64,000 nucleotides of DNA from Escherichia coli (GCF_003334815.1 NZ_QOWO01000009.1); one strand, 5' to 3'; positions 14,041-26,972 are shown, counted from the stretch's first letter. Notes: generated by a model not told the origin, from the letters alone. Numbers and translations are program-made.

Positions 14041-14077
14041 CGCCTGACCTTTTCAGGTGCTCAGTGGGGATTGAACA

Positions 14078-14701
14078 ATGCTCGTCTATTGGCTGGATAT
14101 AGTCGGCACAGCGGTATTTGCCATCTCCGGCGTTTTGTTAGCCGGAAAATTGCGTATGGACCCTTTTGGTGTTCTGGTACTGGGCGTGGTAACCGCAGTA
14201 GGCGGCGGGACAATTCGCGACATGGCGCTGGATCACGGCCCGGTATTTTGGGTGAAAGATCCCACCGATCTGGTCGTTGCAATGGTCACCAGCATGCTGA
14301 CCATCGTGCTGGTGCGCCAGCCAAGACGCTTACCAAAATGGATGTTGCCGGTGCTGGACGCCGTTGGTCTGGCGGTGTTTGTCGGCATTGGCGTGAATAA
14401 AGCCTTTAATGCGGAAGCCGGTCCGTTAATCGCGGTTTGTATGGGCGTCATTACTGGCGTTGGCGGCGGGATCATTCGTGATGTTCTGGCCCGCGAAATC
14501 CCCATGATTTTACGTACAGAAATCTACGCAACTGCCTGTATTATCGGCGGTATTGTCCACGCTACGGCTTATTACACATTTTCCGTACCACTGGAAACAG
14601 CCAGTATGATGGGCATGGTCGTGACGCTATTGATTCGGCTGGCGGCTATTCGTTGGCATCTTAAGCTACCGACGTTTGCGCTGGATGAGAATGGGCGTTG
14701 A
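14078..14701 (+). CDS. yadS: UPF0126 inner membrane protein YadS
   Basis: Track ORF 14078..14701, 207 aa, highly hydrophobic with glycine-rich repeats (TRIC-like membrane protein). Confidence 0.85.
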   Translation: MLVYWLDIVGTAVFAISGVLLAGKLRMDPFGVLVLGVVTAVGGGTIRDMALDHGPVFWVKDPTDLVVAMVTSMLTIVLVRQPRRLPKWMLPVLDAVGLAVFVGIGVNKAFNAEAGPLIAVCMGVITGVGGGIIRDVLAREIPMILRTEIYATACIIGGIVHATAYYTFSVPLETASMMGMVVTLLIRLAAIRWHLKLPTFALDENGR

Positions 14702-14710
14702 AGAGAGAAG

Positions 14711-14737
14711 ATGTGCCGGATAGTTTATCCGGCACAT
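14711..14737. terminator. 27-bp near-perfect palindrome between convergent yadS and erpA (putative bidirectional terminator)
   Basis: ATGTGCCGGATA-GTT-TATCCGGCACAT: 12-bp arms, 3-nt loop, placed 10 nt after yadS stop and 10 nt after erpA stop; no U-tract. Confidence 0.45.
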
Positions 14738-14747
14738 GAACAACAGA

Positions 14748-15092
14748 TTAGATACTAAAGGAAGAACCGCAACCGCAGGTGCTTTTCGCGTTCGGGTTGG
14801 TCACGATGAAACGAGAACCTTCCAGACCTTCGGTATAATCAACGGAACCGCCGACCAGATATTGCAGGCTCATCGGATCAACCACCAGGCCAACGCCCTG
14901 TTTTTCGATGGTCATATCGCCTTCGTTCACCTGATCATCAAAGGTGAAACCATACTGGAAGCCGCTGCAACCGCCACCGGTGATATACACGCGTAATTTC
15001 AGATTCGGGTTATCTTCGTCAGCGATCAGGCTTTTAACTTTGTTGGCTGCTGCGTCGGTAAACTCCAGCGGCAGTGCTACGTCATCACTCAT
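14748..15092 (-). CDS. erpA: iron-sulfur cluster insertion protein ErpA (A-type carrier)
   Basis: Track ORF 14748..15125 (-); trimmed to M12 [20 protein letters not shown]..., 114 aa, C-terminal CGCGSSF motif. Confidence 0.9.
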
Positions 15093-15173
15093 ATTTTGCT
15101 CCAAACGACATCGGCAATTGGGCAAATTCTAACCCAATAATAATCGCCATTATCTAATACCCTGGTATTTCGT

Positions 15174-16613
<1,440 letters not shown>

Positions 16614-16819
16614 TCATACAAATAAGATGACGGCATTTTACTCGCACGTTCCATGAAAATCCTTTGCAAAGCGTAATGTTTCAAATGCACAAAACTTTTA
16701 TACTCTAAGAAATCAGGATTGCACCAGTACAAGCAGCCTGATGTTTGACGAGTATTTAACTTGTTATGAATAACATAGAATAGCAGCCATTCACTTTTTC
16801 TACGAATCAGGAACCCTCC

Positions 16820-18100
16820 ATGAGTAAGTCTGAAAATCTTTACAGCGCAGCGCGCGAGCTGATCCCTGGCGGTGTGAACTCCCCTGTTCGCGCCTTTACT
16901 GGCGTGGGCGGCACTCCACTGTTTATCGAAAAAGCGGACGGCGCTTATCTGTACGATGTTGATGGCAAAGCCTATATCGATTATGTCGGTTCCTGGGGGC
17001 CGATGGTGCTGGGCCATAACCATCCGGCAATCCGCAATGCCGTGATTGAAGCCGCCGAGCGTGGTTTAAGCTTTGGTGCACCAACCGAAATGGAAGTGAA
17101 AATGGCGCAACTGGTGACCGAACTGGTCCCGACCATGGATATGGTGCGCATGGTGAACTCCGGCACTGAAGCGACCATGAGCGCCATCCGCCTGGCCCGT
17201 GGTTTTACCGGTCGCGACAAAATTATTAAATTTGAAGGGTGTTACCATGGTCACGCTGACTGCCTGCTGGTGAAAGCCGGTTCTGGCGCACTCACGTTAG
17301 GCCAGCCAAACTCGCCGGGCGTTCCGGCAGATTTCGCCAAACATACCTTAACCTGTACTTATAATGATCTGGCTTCTGTACGCGCCGCATTTGAGCAATA
17401 CCCGCAAGAGATTGCCTGTATTATCGTCGAGCCGGTGGCAGGCAATATGAACTGTGTTCCGCCGCTGCCAGAGTTCCTGCCAGGTCTGCGCGCGCTGTGC
17501 GACGAATTTGGCGCGTTGCTGATCATCGATGAAGTGATGACCGGTTTCCGCGTAGCGCTAGCTGGCGCACAGGATTATTACGGCGTAGTGCCAGATTTAA
17601 CCTGCCTCGGCAAAATCATCGGCGGTGGAATGCCGGTAGGCGCATTCGGTGGTCGTCGTGATGTAATGGATGCGCTGGCCCCGACGGGTCCGGTCTATCA
17701 GGCGGGTACGCTTTCCGGTAACCCGATTGCGATGGCAGCGGGTTTCGCCTGTCTGAATGAAGTCGCGCAGCCGGGCGTTCACGAAACGCTGGATGAGCTG
17801 ACAACACGTCTGGCAGAAGGTCTGCTGGAAGCGGCAGAAGAAGCCGGAATTCCGCTGGTCGTTAACCACGTTGGCGGCATGTTCGGTATTTTCTTTACCG
17901 ACGCCGAGTCCGTGACGTGCTATCAGGATGTGATGGCCTGTGACGTGGAACGCTTTAAGCGTTTCTTCCATATGATGCTGGACGAAGGTGTTTACCTGGC
18001 ACCGTCAGCGTTTGAAGCGGGCTTTATGTCCGTGGCGCACAGCATGGAAGATATCAATAACACCATCGATGCTGCACGTCGGGTGTTTGCGAAGTTGTGA
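16820..18100 (+). CDS. hemL: glutamate-1-semialdehyde 2,1-aminomutase
   Basis: Track ORF 16820..18100, 426 aa, [26 protein letters not shown]... Confidence 0.95.
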   Translation: MSKSENLYSAARELIPGGVNSPVRAFTGVGGTPLFIEKADGAYLYDVDGKAYIDYVGSWGPMVLGHNHPAIRNAVIEAAERGLSFGAPTEMEVKMAQLVTELVPTMDMVRMVNSGTEATMSAIRLARGFTGRDKIIKFEGCYHGHADCLLVKAGSGALTLGQPNSPGVPADFAKHTLTCTYNDLASVRAAFEQYPQEIACIIVEPVAGNMNCVPPLPEFLPGLRALCDEFGALLIIDEVMTGFRVALAGAQDYYGVVPDLTCLGKIIGGGMPVGAFGGRRDVMDALAPTGPVYQAGTLSGNPIAMAAGFACLNEVAQPGVHETLDELTTRLAEGLLEAAEEAGIPLVVNHVGGMFGIFFTDAESVTCYQDVMACDVERFKRFFHMMLDEGVYLAPSAFEAGFMSVAHSMEDINNTIDAARRVFAKL

Positions 18101-18109
18101 TCCAGCATG

Positions 18110-18240
<131 letters not shown>

Positions 18241-18257
18241 GCCGTTATATGGAAAAA

Positions 18258-20240
18258 TTAACGGCTCTGCTTTCTCAACAAATAGATAAAATATGGCGCG
18301 CCGATAAAGGTTGACAGCAGCCCCGCCGGGATCTGGAATGGAAACAGCACCATCCGCCCACACCAGTCAGCGAACACCAGCAGTAAACCACCCACCAGCG
18401 CCGAAATTACGATGTGTGGCATCGTCCGTCGAAAGCCCATCATCCGCGCAATATGCGGTGCCATTAAACCAACAAAACTCAACGGTCCAATAGTCATCGT
18501 CGCGGTCGCCGTCAGGCAAGCCGCTAACAGCAGCAGCGCAATTCGCGTCGGCGTCAGCGCCATTCCTACGGCTCGGGCGGTATCACCACCCAGCGGTAAA
18601 ATGGTCAGCCAGCGGCGGCACAGCGGGGTAATCGCCAGCAAAATCACCATCACAATTCCGGTGCGCCAGACCTGCGCATCGGTCGCGTTGTAGGTCGAAC
18701 CGGAAATCCAGGTCAGCACTTGCGCCATTCGCGGGTCACCACTTGCCTGCAACATCATCAAAAGCATGGTGAACGCGGTGCTTAACGCCATCCCCGCCAG
18801 TAACATACGGTGTGGGGAAAATCCACCGCGGCCGGCGGCGATCATAATGATCAACAGCGTCACCGCCGCGCCGAGACTGCCTGCAGGTAACAGCCAGCCA
18901 AAGGCATTACCCGGCACCAGAAACAGCATCAACACCACGCCAAACGCCGCGCCGGAGCTAATCCCCAGCACTTCCGGGCTTGCCATCGGGTTTCCGGTCA
19001 GTCGCTGAATAATACAGCCCGCCACCGCCAGCATGACGCCCGCAAACAGCGCCGCCATAATTCGCGGCCAGCGCCAGGGCATTAAATCCTCGAGCAACGC
19101 CCCGCTCGCCCACGTCCAGCCGTGCGCATCACGACCAAACGACAGCGCCACCACCACAGCCATCAACAGCAGCACGCCGCCCGCGAGGGCAAACGCCAGC
19201 ACATGTTGGCGTTCAGCCGCGACACGATCGTTGACCTTCATATCCGGCGCGCTAATGCTGCGTAAACGCGGCAACAGCCACAGTAGCAGCGGCGCACCGA
19301 TCAACGCAGTGACCGAACCGGTGGACACTTCCATCCACACGCGAGTCAGCCAGAGGATGATTTGATCGGAAAGCCAGAGGATCAGCGCACCAATCAACGA
19401 CGCCAGCATCAGTCGTGGCAGCAGACGCCGCGCCCCCAGCATTTTTGCCAGCAGCGGCGCGAACAACCCGATAAAGCCGATAATCCCCACAGCGTTCACC
19501 AGCAGCGCACTGATGACAATCGCCAGCGACAGCGCCGCCAGACGCGCAAGCGACAAGGCCAGCCCGAGATTGCGCGCCACGCCATCATCAAGCCCCATCA
19601 GGGTTAACGGACGAAGTAGCAGCAACGTCAGCATCACACCGCCCAGCAGCTGCGGCCATAAACGCTCAACGCCGCCCCAGTCGGTTTGCGTCAGCGTTCC
19701 AGTGCTCCACAGAAACATGCTTTGCAGTTGGTCATGATGGAAGATAACCAGTAACTGATTGATTGCGCCGCAATAAAGGCTCACTACCAACCCCGCGAGA
19801 ATCAGCGTTACCGGCGACAGCCGTTTCCCCCACGCGACGCCAAAGACAATTAAGCCAACAACACAAGCCCCTGCCAGCGCAGCAAACTGGCTCGCCATCG
19901 CACCAGGGATCGCCCAGAGCGTAGTGACGGTAATCCCCAGTTGCGCGCCTGTAGCAACGCCAAGCGTCGTCGGCTCCGCCAGCGGGTTACGCAGCACTTG
20001 CTGAAACAGCACGCCCACCAGCCCCAGACCCGCGCCCACCAGCAGCGAAATCGCCAGACGCGGCAACAAGCTGTAGTGAAAAATCATCTGCTCGATGACG
20101 TCAATATCCGGCGACCAGGCAGCCTGCGCCCACTGGCTACGCGGCAGCGCCTGCGAGAAGTTCATCCAGGTGAGCGCCGTAGCGACAATCACTAACAGCG
20201 CCAGCAATAACGCCGGGAAAAGCGCAATTCGTTTACTCAC
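18258..20240 (-). CDS. fhuB: ferrichrome ABC transporter permease (fused double permease)
   Basis: Track ORF 18258..20240 (-), 660 aa; start overlaps fhuD stop. Confidence 0.95.
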   Translation of the reverse strand: MSKRIALFPALLLALLVIVATALTWMNFSQALPRSQWAQAAWSPDIDVIEQMIFHYSLLPRLAISLLVGAGLGLVGVLFQQVLRNPLAEPTTLGVATGAQLGITVTTLWAIPGAMASQFAALAGACVVGLIVFGVAWGKRLSPVTLILAGLVVSLYCGAINQLLVIFHHDQLQSMFLWSTGTLTQTDWGGVERLWPQLLGGVMLTLLLLRPLTLMGLDDGVARNLGLALSLARLAALSLAIVISALLVNAVGIIGFIGLFAPLLAKMLGARRLLPRLMLASLIGALILWLSDQIILWLTRVWMEVSTGSVTALIGAPLLLWLLPRLRSISAPDMKVNDRVAAERQHVLAFALAGGVLLLMAVVVALSFGRDAHGWTWASGALLEDLMPWRWPRIMAALFAGVMLAVAGCIIQRLTGNPMASPEVLGISSGAAFGVVLMLFLVPGNAFGWLLPAGSLGAAVTLLIIMIAAGRGGFSPHRMLLAGMALSTAFTMLLMMLQASGDPRMAQVLTWISGSTYNATDAQVWRTGIVMVILLAITPLCRRWLTILPLGGDTARAVGMALTPTRIALLLLAACLTATATMTIGPLSFVGLMAPHIARMMGFRRTMPHIVISALVGGLLLVFADWCGRMVLFPFQIPAGLLSTFIGAPYFIYLLRKQSR

Positions 20241-21127
20241 GCTTTACCTCCGATGGCGTTATCCAGAACGCGCACAAAGTGCATTGCCGAGAGCGTCGCA
20301 CCATAAAACCAGACTGCAGGTACGCGCTGAAAGCGTCCGGCGCGGACAAACGGCATGGCCTGCCACAGCGGCGTTGCCATTAGCGCATCCATGTCTTTGC
20401 TGTTGTCGTGATCAAAACAGAGCACATCAACGTCTTTATACGCCGCCAGACGATCGATACTGACGGCGGTACTGCCCCAGAAGTTGGTTTCCCCTTGCCA
20501 GGCATTTGGGATGCCGTACTCATCAAGAATTTCCTGGAACAAGCTGTTTGGACCGAAGACCAGCATATGGCGCGGATCGATAAGCGTCGTCAGCAATAAC
20601 GGACGCGCACCACGCTTCACAAAGCGGGGTTTCATGCTGCGGATAAAGTCTTCATATTGCGCTAAATGCGTTTCCGCTGCGCTTTGCAGGTTAAGTAAAT
20701 CTGCCATTTCCGTCAGCGATTTACGCGCCATCGCCAACGGCTGTTTGCCGTCACTGAAGTTAAATCCGCGACCCGGCGCAATACGAGCCAGCATTTCTGG
20801 TGAAGGGCCATATCCTGCCGACCAGACCATAAACGATGGTTTCATTTCGGTCAGCAGTTCAAGGTTAGGTTCTGTGCGCAAACCGACGTCGATCACTGAG
20901 TCCGGCAATGGTGGTTCGCTGACCCACAGGCGATAGTTGATGGTATCCGCCACGCCGTAAGGCACGATGCCGAGCGCCAGCAGTAATTCCACCGGCAACC
21001 ACTCCAGCGCCACAATACGATTGGGATCAATAGCCGCCGCGTGGGCGGTATTCATCTGCCATAACAACGGAGAAAGCGCCATCGCCGTTAACAGTCGACG
21101 GCGCGAAATAAGAGGTAAGCCGCTCAT
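20237..21127 (-). CDS. fhuD: ferrichrome periplasmic binding protein
   Basis: Track ORF 20237..21130 (-) begins at a TTG; trimmed to ATG (M2) MSGLPLISRRRLLTAMALSPLL (Tat-like signal), 296 aa; its ATG overlaps the fhuC stop (TGATG). Confidence 0.9.
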   Translation of the reverse strand: MSGLPLISRRRLLTAMALSPLLWQMNTAHAAAIDPNRIVALEWLPVELLLALGIVPYGVADTINYRLWVSEPPLPDSVIDVGLRTEPNLELLTEMKPSFMVWSAGYGPSPEMLARIAPGRGFNFSDGKQPLAMARKSLTEMADLLNLQSAAETHLAQYEDFIRSMKPRFVKRGARPLLLTTLIDPRHMLVFGPNSLFQEILDEYGIPNAWQGETNFWGSTAVSIDRLAAYKDVDVLCFDHDNSKDMDALMATPLWQAMPFVRAGRFQRVPAVWFYGATLSAMHFVRVLDNAIGGKA

Positions 21128-21924
21128 CAATAAACAAAACTCACAGGTGCAGCACCCGCCGGATGCGGCAAAATACCCATCGGGATGCCATAAATCATTT
21201 CGAGGGTTTCGCCGCGCATAATTTCCGCAGGCGTTCCCTGAGCAATCATTTCACCGCCGCGCAGGGCGACCAGATAATCACAGTAGCGTGCCGCCATATT
21301 GATATCGTGCAACACGGCAATGACCGTCAGGCCACGCTCCTGACTTAAACGGTGCACCAGCGACAGCACATCAACCTGGTGGGCGATATCCAGCGCCGAG
21401 GTCGGTTCGTCGAGCAACAGACAACGGCTATCCTGCGCCACCAGCATGGCGATCCACGCCCGCTGACGTTCGCCGCCAGAGAGACTATCGACCAGCCGAT
21501 GCGCCAGCGGTTTTAAGCCAACCAGCGAGATAGCTTCCTCGACTTTTTCGCGATCTGCCGCCCCAAAGCGCCCCAGCGCGCCATGCCACGGGTAACGACC
21601 AATCGCCACCAGTTCACGCACGGTCATCCCTTCTGCCGGAGGAAGCTGCTGCGGCAAATAAGCCACTTTGCGGGCAAACGCTTTGCTGCTCCAGCTTTCC
21701 AGCGGTTGGGCATCAAGAAGAATCTCCCCTTCCGACGGCGGCTGATGACGGCCAAGCATTTTGAGCAGAGTGGATTTACCAGAACCGTTGTGACCAATCA
21801 GACCGGTCACTTTCCCGGCAGGAAAGGTTAACGACAGCGGATGCAAAAGCGTGCGCCCGGGCACACGAAAGGAGATATTACGCAGTGCAAAAGTGGTATC
21901 GGAATGATTCGTGTATTCCTGCAT
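21127..21924 (-). CDS. fhuC: ferrichrome ABC transporter ATP-binding protein
   Basis: Track ORF 21127..21966 (-); trimmed to M15 MQEYTNHSDTTFALRNISFRVPG..., 265 aa, Walker A GHNGSGKST. Confidence 0.9.
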   Translation of the reverse strand: MQEYTNHSDTTFALRNISFRVPGRTLLHPLSLTFPAGKVTGLIGHNGSGKSTLLKMLGRHQPPSEGEILLDAQPLESWSSKAFARKVAYLPQQLPPAEGMTVRELVAIGRYPWHGALGRFGAADREKVEEAISLVGLKPLAHRLVDSLSGGERQRAWIAMLVAQDSRCLLLDEPTSALDIAHQVDVLSLVHRLSQERGLTVIAVLHDINMAARYCDYLVALRGGEMIAQGTPAEIMRGETLEMIYGIPMGILPHPAGAAPVSFVY

Positions 21925-21974
21925 AACAGCCAACTTGTGAAATGGGCACGGAAATCCGTGCCCCAAAAGAGAAA

Positions 21975-24218
21975 TTAGAAACGGAAGGTTGCGGTTGCAA
22001 CGACCTGACGTTCTGCGCCCCAGAAGCAGCCATAAGTGTTAAAGCAGCTGGCGACGTATTCACGATCGAACAGGTTGTTAACATGCAGCGCCACGTTGGA
22101 GCCAGCCATGCCGACTCGCGCCAGATCATAACGTACTAACGCATCCACGACCGTATAACTTCCCACTTTAAAGGAGTTAGCCGGATCACCATAACTGGAG
22201 CCAGTATAACGACCACCGGTGCCCAGCGTCAGACCTGAAAGCGGACCGTCAAAGAAGGTGTAGTCAGCCCACAACGAAGCCATGTGTTTTGGCACCTGTG
22301 CAGGCGTATTGCCTTTATAGGTAGTATCGGTGGTGTATTCCGCATCGGTGTAAGTATAAGAACCGACTACGTTAACACTCGCCGACAGCGCCGCTTTCGC
22401 TTCGATTTCTACGCCACGTGCGCGGATCTCGCCACCTTCAACCGAGAAGAAGGAACCCTCAGGGTCCGCCATCAGGTTGTTGGTTTTAGTGAGATTATAC
22501 ACGGCACCAGTAACTACAATCGGACGATCTTCCGGTACATATTTCACGCCGACTTCATACTGCTTACCTTTAGACGGTGCGAAAATATTACCATCCTTCC
22601 CAACTTGCGAAGAAGGTTCAAACGATTCGCTATAGCTGAAGTAAGGTGTTACACCATTATCAAACAGGTAGTTAACACCACCACGCCAGGTAAACTGTTT
22701 GTCATCACGTTTATCGGTCGTCCCGGCAACGCGGTTAAGAGATTCTTGATCTGCCCAGTCATAACGACCGCCTAGGGTGACCAGCACTTTATCCCACTGC
22801 GCCTGATCCTGAACATAAACGCCCGTTTGTTTCTGTTTATTCAGAATGCGGTAAGGGCCGGAGTTTGCCGGATCTTTGGCATTGAAGTCGAAATCGGTAT
22901 TCACCGGATTGTACAGATTGAGCAGTGGCACAGAGTCGTCGTAACCAAACCAGGCGTTGATGTCATTACGCATACGCATAAAGTCGACACCGGTCAGCAG
23001 GGTGTGGTCGATATCGCCAGTGGCAAACTTGCTCTGCAACTGGGTATCAACGGAGAAGTTTTGCAGCTTCTCATCATCAACGACGTATTTACGTGCCAGA
23101 TAATGGCCTTTATCCGCTGGCGCTAATGCCGCACACTGTTTGCTGTAAGCATTCGCCGGATCGGAGCAGACGCCGTAACCATAAACGCTGTTTTGCGAGG
23201 TTTTGTTTTCAGCAAAGCGCAGGTTCTGACGCACAGTAAAGGTGTCGTTAAATTCGTGATCGAAGCTGTAGCCGACCATCTTCTCATTACGAGAATAGGT
23301 GTTGTTCTTCGCCCCTTCATTAAAGTCTGTCGGCAGACGCTTACCGTTCGGCAGCGGCTCAACGGTTCCCTCTTTCGGCAACCAGCCGTAATAACCGGTT
23401 TCCGGCTCGTTCTGGAAGTAAGAAAGGAAGGTAAAATTGGTTTTATCATCCGGACGCCAGGTGAACGCCGGTGCAATAGCATAACGCTGCTCTTCTGACC
23501 CTTTCTGCTGGGCATTGGCAGAACGCGCAAGACCGGTCAGGCGATAAGAGTAAACACCGTCATCATCCAACGAATCGCTAAAGTCAAAACCAGTCTGGAA
23601 CAGGCTGTCAGTACCGGCTTTAAACTGAACTTCTTTCAGCGGTTCGGTGGTCGGACGCTTGCTGACCATATTCAACAGGCCGCCAGGACTGCTTTTACCG
23701 TAAAGCACGGAAACCGGGCCACGCATAATTTCAGCGCGTTCCAGCATATACGGGTCAATGACCGCATCGTTATAGAAGTTGCCCTGCAACTTCAGGCCAT
23801 TCAGATAGTTATTCTGGCTTTGGCCTTCTGCCGCAAAGCCGCGAATGATCAGGTGGTCATAGGTGTTGGATGCGCCACGCGTACCAACAGAGACACCCGG
23901 CGTGTAGCTAAGCGCTTCTTTTACCGACTTCGGCTGATGCAGCGCCATCTCTTCGGCGGTCACAACAGAAATAGACTGTGGCACTTTTTGAATCGGCGTA
24001 TCGGTTTTAGTGCCGGTAGCAGACTGTCGCGCCGCAATAGTTGCAGCAGGCCCCCATGCGCTTTCTTGCGGCGCAGGTGCAGCGGTAACGGTGATAGTGT
24101 CTTCTTTCGGTTCAACCGCTGCCTGTGCATAAACAGACATGCCGCTAACCGCTGTGGCTACTACAACTGCGATTTTACGCAGTGAGTGTTTTGGCTGAGC
24201 TGTTTTGGAACGCGCCAT
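21975..24218 (-). CDS. fhuA: TonB-dependent outer membrane ferrichrome receptor (phage T1/T5/phi80 receptor)
   Basis: Track ORF 21975..24218 (-), 747 aa, signal peptide MARSKTAQPKHSLRKIAVVVATAVSGMSVYAQA, C-terminal ...ATATFRF beta-barrel terminus. Confidence 0.95.
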   Translation of the reverse strand: MARSKTAQPKHSLRKIAVVVATAVSGMSVYAQAAVEPKEDTITVTAAPAPQESAWGPAATIAARQSATGTKTDTPIQKVPQSISVVTAEEMALHQPKSVKEALSYTPGVSVGTRGASNTYDHLIIRGFAAEGQSQNNYLNGLKLQGNFYNDAVIDPYMLERAEIMRGPVSVLYGKSSPGGLLNMVSKRPTTEPLKEVQFKAGTDSLFQTGFDFSDSLDDDGVYSYRLTGLARSANAQQKGSEEQRYAIAPAFTWRPDDKTNFTFLSYFQNEPETGYYGWLPKEGTVEPLPNGKRLPTDFNEGAKNNTYSRNEKMVGYSFDHEFNDTFTVRQNLRFAENKTSQNSVYGYGVCSDPANAYSKQCAALAPADKGHYLARKYVVDDEKLQNFSVDTQLQSKFATGDIDHTLLTGVDFMRMRNDINAWFGYDDSVPLLNLYNPVNTDFDFNAKDPANSGPYRILNKQKQTGVYVQDQAQWDKVLVTLGGRYDWADQESLNRVAGTTDKRDDKQFTWRGGVNYLFDNGVTPYFSYSESFEPSSQVGKDGNIFAPSKGKQYEVGVKYVPEDRPIVVTGAVYNLTKTNNLMADPEGSFFSVEGGEIRARGVEIEAKAALSASVNVVGSYTYTDAEYTTDTTYKGNTPAQVPKHMASLWADYTFFDGPLSGLTLGTGGRYTGSSYGDPANSFKVGSYTVVDALVRYDLARVGMAGSNVALHVNNLFDREYVASCFNTYGCFWGAERQVVATATFRF

Positions 24219-24237
24219 TGGTATATCTCTGATGTAA

Positions 24238-24280
24238 AGTGAATGATAACGTAAACGAGAATGATTATTATAAAGATAAG
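24238..24280 (-). promoter_or_regulatory. fhuA promoter region with Fur-box-like sequence
   Basis: Minus strand CTTTATAATAATCATTCTCGTTTACGTTATCATTC, 20-60 nt upstream of fhuA ATG, resembles the Fur consensus GATAATGATAATCATTATC; fhuA is a known Fur-repressed gene. Confidence 0.55.
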
Positions 24281-24397
24281 ATAATATTCGAAACGCTGGC
24301 GGGTTCGCAAGCGGTACGCAATCTGAGCGTTCCTGAAGGGTTAATAAACAACCAGATGAAAAGAAAGGGTTAATATCTTAGATGGGATGTTATTTTA

Positions 24398-24420
24398 CCG
24401 GATGGCAACTCGCCATCCGG
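24398..24420 (-). terminator. hairpin downstream of mrcB (possible terminator)
   Basis: CCGGATGGC-AACTC-GCCATCCGG 9-bp stem 18 nt after mrcB stop; no strong U-tract on minus strand. Confidence 0.3.
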
Positions 24421-24437
24421 TATTTCACGCTTAGATG

Positions 24438-26972
24438 TTAATTACTACCAAACATATCCTTGATCCAACCGGCTACACCGTCGCTGTCTTTCTGCTCTTG
24501 CTGAGCAGGTTGCTGTTGCGGCTGTTGCTGCGGCTGAGAAGACTGATCAAACGGATTGCCTGACGGCTGCTGCTGCATCTCGCTCTGCTGGCACAGCGAT
24601 TGCGGATCGCTGGTCCAGACCGGCAAGATACGCATGCCACCGCTGCAAACAAAGTTGCCGTCGTAGTCCACGCCCATATCTGCAATATCTTCTGGCGGAA
24701 CAAGATTCAGCGGCGTTGGCGTCTGGTTAGCCAGATAACGCTGATAAATCGACATTGCCCCGCTGGCACCATACAGTTTGGTCGGCTGGTTGTTATCACG
24801 GCCGACCCAGGTGATGGTCACCGTGCTGCCGTCAATGCCCGCAAACCAGGTATCTACGTTATTGTTGGTAGTCCCTGTTTTCCCTGCCAGATGCAGGTTC
24901 GGGTATTTCGCCCCAAGCTGACGACCCGTACCGCGTTGTACCACCTGCTGCATGGTCCATAGTGTCAGATACGCCGCCTGCGCCGGAACAGCGCGTTCCG
25001 CCTGCGGGAAGCTCTGATACAGCACTTTGCCATCTTCCGCGATTACCGAACGCAGCGCAGAAAGCGGTGCACGGTTACCACCGCTGGCGATGGTCTGGAA
25101 TGCCTGCGCCACTTCGATTGGCGTTAAGTTCAACGCCCCCAGCAGCATTGCCGGAACCGGATGCAACTGATCTTTCGGTACGCCCAGTTTAATCCAGGTC
25201 TCCGTAACCGCAGGCAGCCCCAGCGCCATCCCCAGATTTACCGTCGGCACGTTCATCGAACGGGTCAACGCATCCACCAGCATCACTCTGCCGCTTTCGC
25301 TATAACGACGGTCATCATTCTGCGGTGACCAGACCTGGCCATTCGGCTGACGCAGCGCAATTGGCGCATCCGCAATCCACGTATTCAGACGATAGATTTT
25401 CGGCTGGCTTAAGGCCGTCAGATAAGTCGCTGGTTTTGCAAGGGAACCAATCGAACGACGCGCCTGCATCGCACGGTTGTAGCCCGCAAATTGCGGCTCA
25501 GAACCTCCGACCATCGCACGAACTTCACCACTAAAGCGGTCGACGACCACAATCGCAGTTTCAAGATCGCTCAACTTACGCTGTTTCTTCAGTGCCGGAA
25601 TGCCTTCCACGGCGGCTTTTTCTGCCGCGTCCTGGGCCACCGAGTCAAAGGTAGTGAAGATCTTCACGCCGGAGAGATCTTTTACCTTATCGCCCAGTTT
25701 TGCCTGCAGCTCCTGACGCACCAGTTGCATAAAGGCTGGCTGAGGAGAGATCACCCCACCGCGCGGCTGAACCCCCAGCGGACGGGCACTCAACATGTCA
25801 TAGAGTTCTTGATCAATAATCTGTTGCTGTTGCAGCAGACGCAGCACCAGATTACGTCGCTCCAGCGCCAGTTTTGGGTTACGCCACGGGTTGTAGATGG
25901 ACGCCCCTTTCACCATACCGACTAACAGCGCCTGCTGGTCGAGGCTTAGCTCTTCTACCGGGCGACCAAAGTAATACAAGCTTGCCAGCGGGAAGCCGCG
26001 GATTTCGTTGTCGCCGCTCTGACCGAGATACACCTCGTTCATATACAGCTCAAGAATACGGTCTTTGCTGTAACGCGCGTCCATGATCAGCGCCATGTAA
26101 GCTTCGTTCGCTTTACGCCAGTAAGAACGCTCGCTGGAGAGGAACAGGTTTTTCACCAGCTGTTGCGTCAGCGTACTCGCACCCTGTACCGTGCGTCCGG
26201 CGGTCAGGTTTGCCAGCACCGCACGTCCGATTGAGTAGAGACTGATTCCATCATGCTCGTAAAAATGACGGTCTTCTGTCGCCAGCAAAGTATCCACCAG
26301 CAAATCCGGGAAACCACTGCGCGGCACAAACAGACGCTGCTCACCGTTTGGCGAAGAGATCATGGTGATCAGACGCGGATCAAGACGGAAGAAACCGAAC
26401 TGACGGTTGTTCTCCATATTGACGATCGTCGCCAGATGATCGCCATCAAAGGTCAGACGCGCGCGCACCTGTCCTTCTTTACTGTCCGGGAAATCAAACG
26501 GACGGCGAATCATCTCAATGCTGTTGGCCTGCACGGTAAATTCGCCAGGACGGGTCATTTTCGACACCTGACGATACTGGGTCGCCTCCAGCAGCTTCAC
26601 CATCTCGTTCTTGCTGATGGTCATGTCTGGCTCAAGATTGACCATTCGGCCATAAACTGCCGCAGGCAGTTGCCAGACCTTGCCATCAATACGGCTACGA
26701 ATTTTTTGATCGAGATAAACGCCGTAAATGGCGATCAGCACGGCAAAAACGATAGCCAGTTTTAGCAGTAGCCATAGCCAGCCGCGTTTGCCACGAGGCT
26801 TACGCCCTTTGCCTTTGCCCTTACCTTTGCGCGGCATCGGTTCTTCATCCTCATAGTCATCATAATCGTCGTAATCATCGTCATCTTCGTAACGACGACG
26901 GCTTACCTTTTGTTTGACCGGACGCGTCGGTTTCCCTTTGCGTCCAATTGGCTCGCGGTCATTCCCGGCCAT
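24438..26972 (-). CDS. mrcB: penicillin-binding protein 1B (bifunctional transglycosylase/transpeptidase)
   Basis: Track ORF 24438..26987 (-) begins at a TTG; trimmed to ATG (M6) [21 protein letters not shown]..., 844 aa, GGAG Shine-Dalgarno upstream; internal Met46 (start at 26837) corresponds to the known shorter gamma isoform. Confidence 0.9.
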   Translation of the reverse strand: MAGNDREPIGRKGKPTRPVKQKVSRRRYEDDDDYDDYDDYEDEEPMPRKGKGKGKGRKPRGKRGWLWLLLKLAIVFAVLIAIYGVYLDQKIRSRIDGKVWQLPAAVYGRMVNLEPDMTISKNEMVKLLEATQYRQVSKMTRPGEFTVQANSIEMIRRPFDFPDSKEGQVRARLTFDGDHLATIVNMENNRQFGFFRLDPRLITMISSPNGEQRLFVPRSGFPDLLVDTLLATEDRHFYEHDGISLYSIGRAVLANLTAGRTVQGASTLTQQLVKNLFLSSERSYWRKANEAYMALIMDARYSKDRILELYMNEVYLGQSGDNEIRGFPLASLYYFGRPVEELSLDQQALLVGMVKGASIYNPWRNPKLALERRNLVLRLLQQQQIIDQELYDMLSARPLGVQPRGGVISPQPAFMQLVRQELQAKLGDKVKDLSGVKIFTTFDSVAQDAAEKAAVEGIPALKKQRKLSDLETAIVVVDRFSGEVRAMVGGSEPQFAGYNRAMQARRSIGSLAKPATYLTALSQPKIYRLNTWIADAPIALRQPNGQVWSPQNDDRRYSESGRVMLVDALTRSMNVPTVNLGMALGLPAVTETWIKLGVPKDQLHPVPAMLLGALNLTPIEVAQAFQTIASGGNRAPLSALRSVIAEDGKVLYQSFPQAERAVPAQAAYLTLWTMQQVVQRGTGRQLGAKYPNLHLAGKTGTTNNNVDTWFAGIDGSTVTITWVGRDNNQPTKLYGASGAMSIYQRYLANQTPTPLNLVPPEDIADMGVDYDGNFVCSGGMRILPVWTSDPQSLCQQSEMQQQPSGNPFDQSSQPQQQPQQQPAQQEQKDSDGVAGWIKDMFGSN

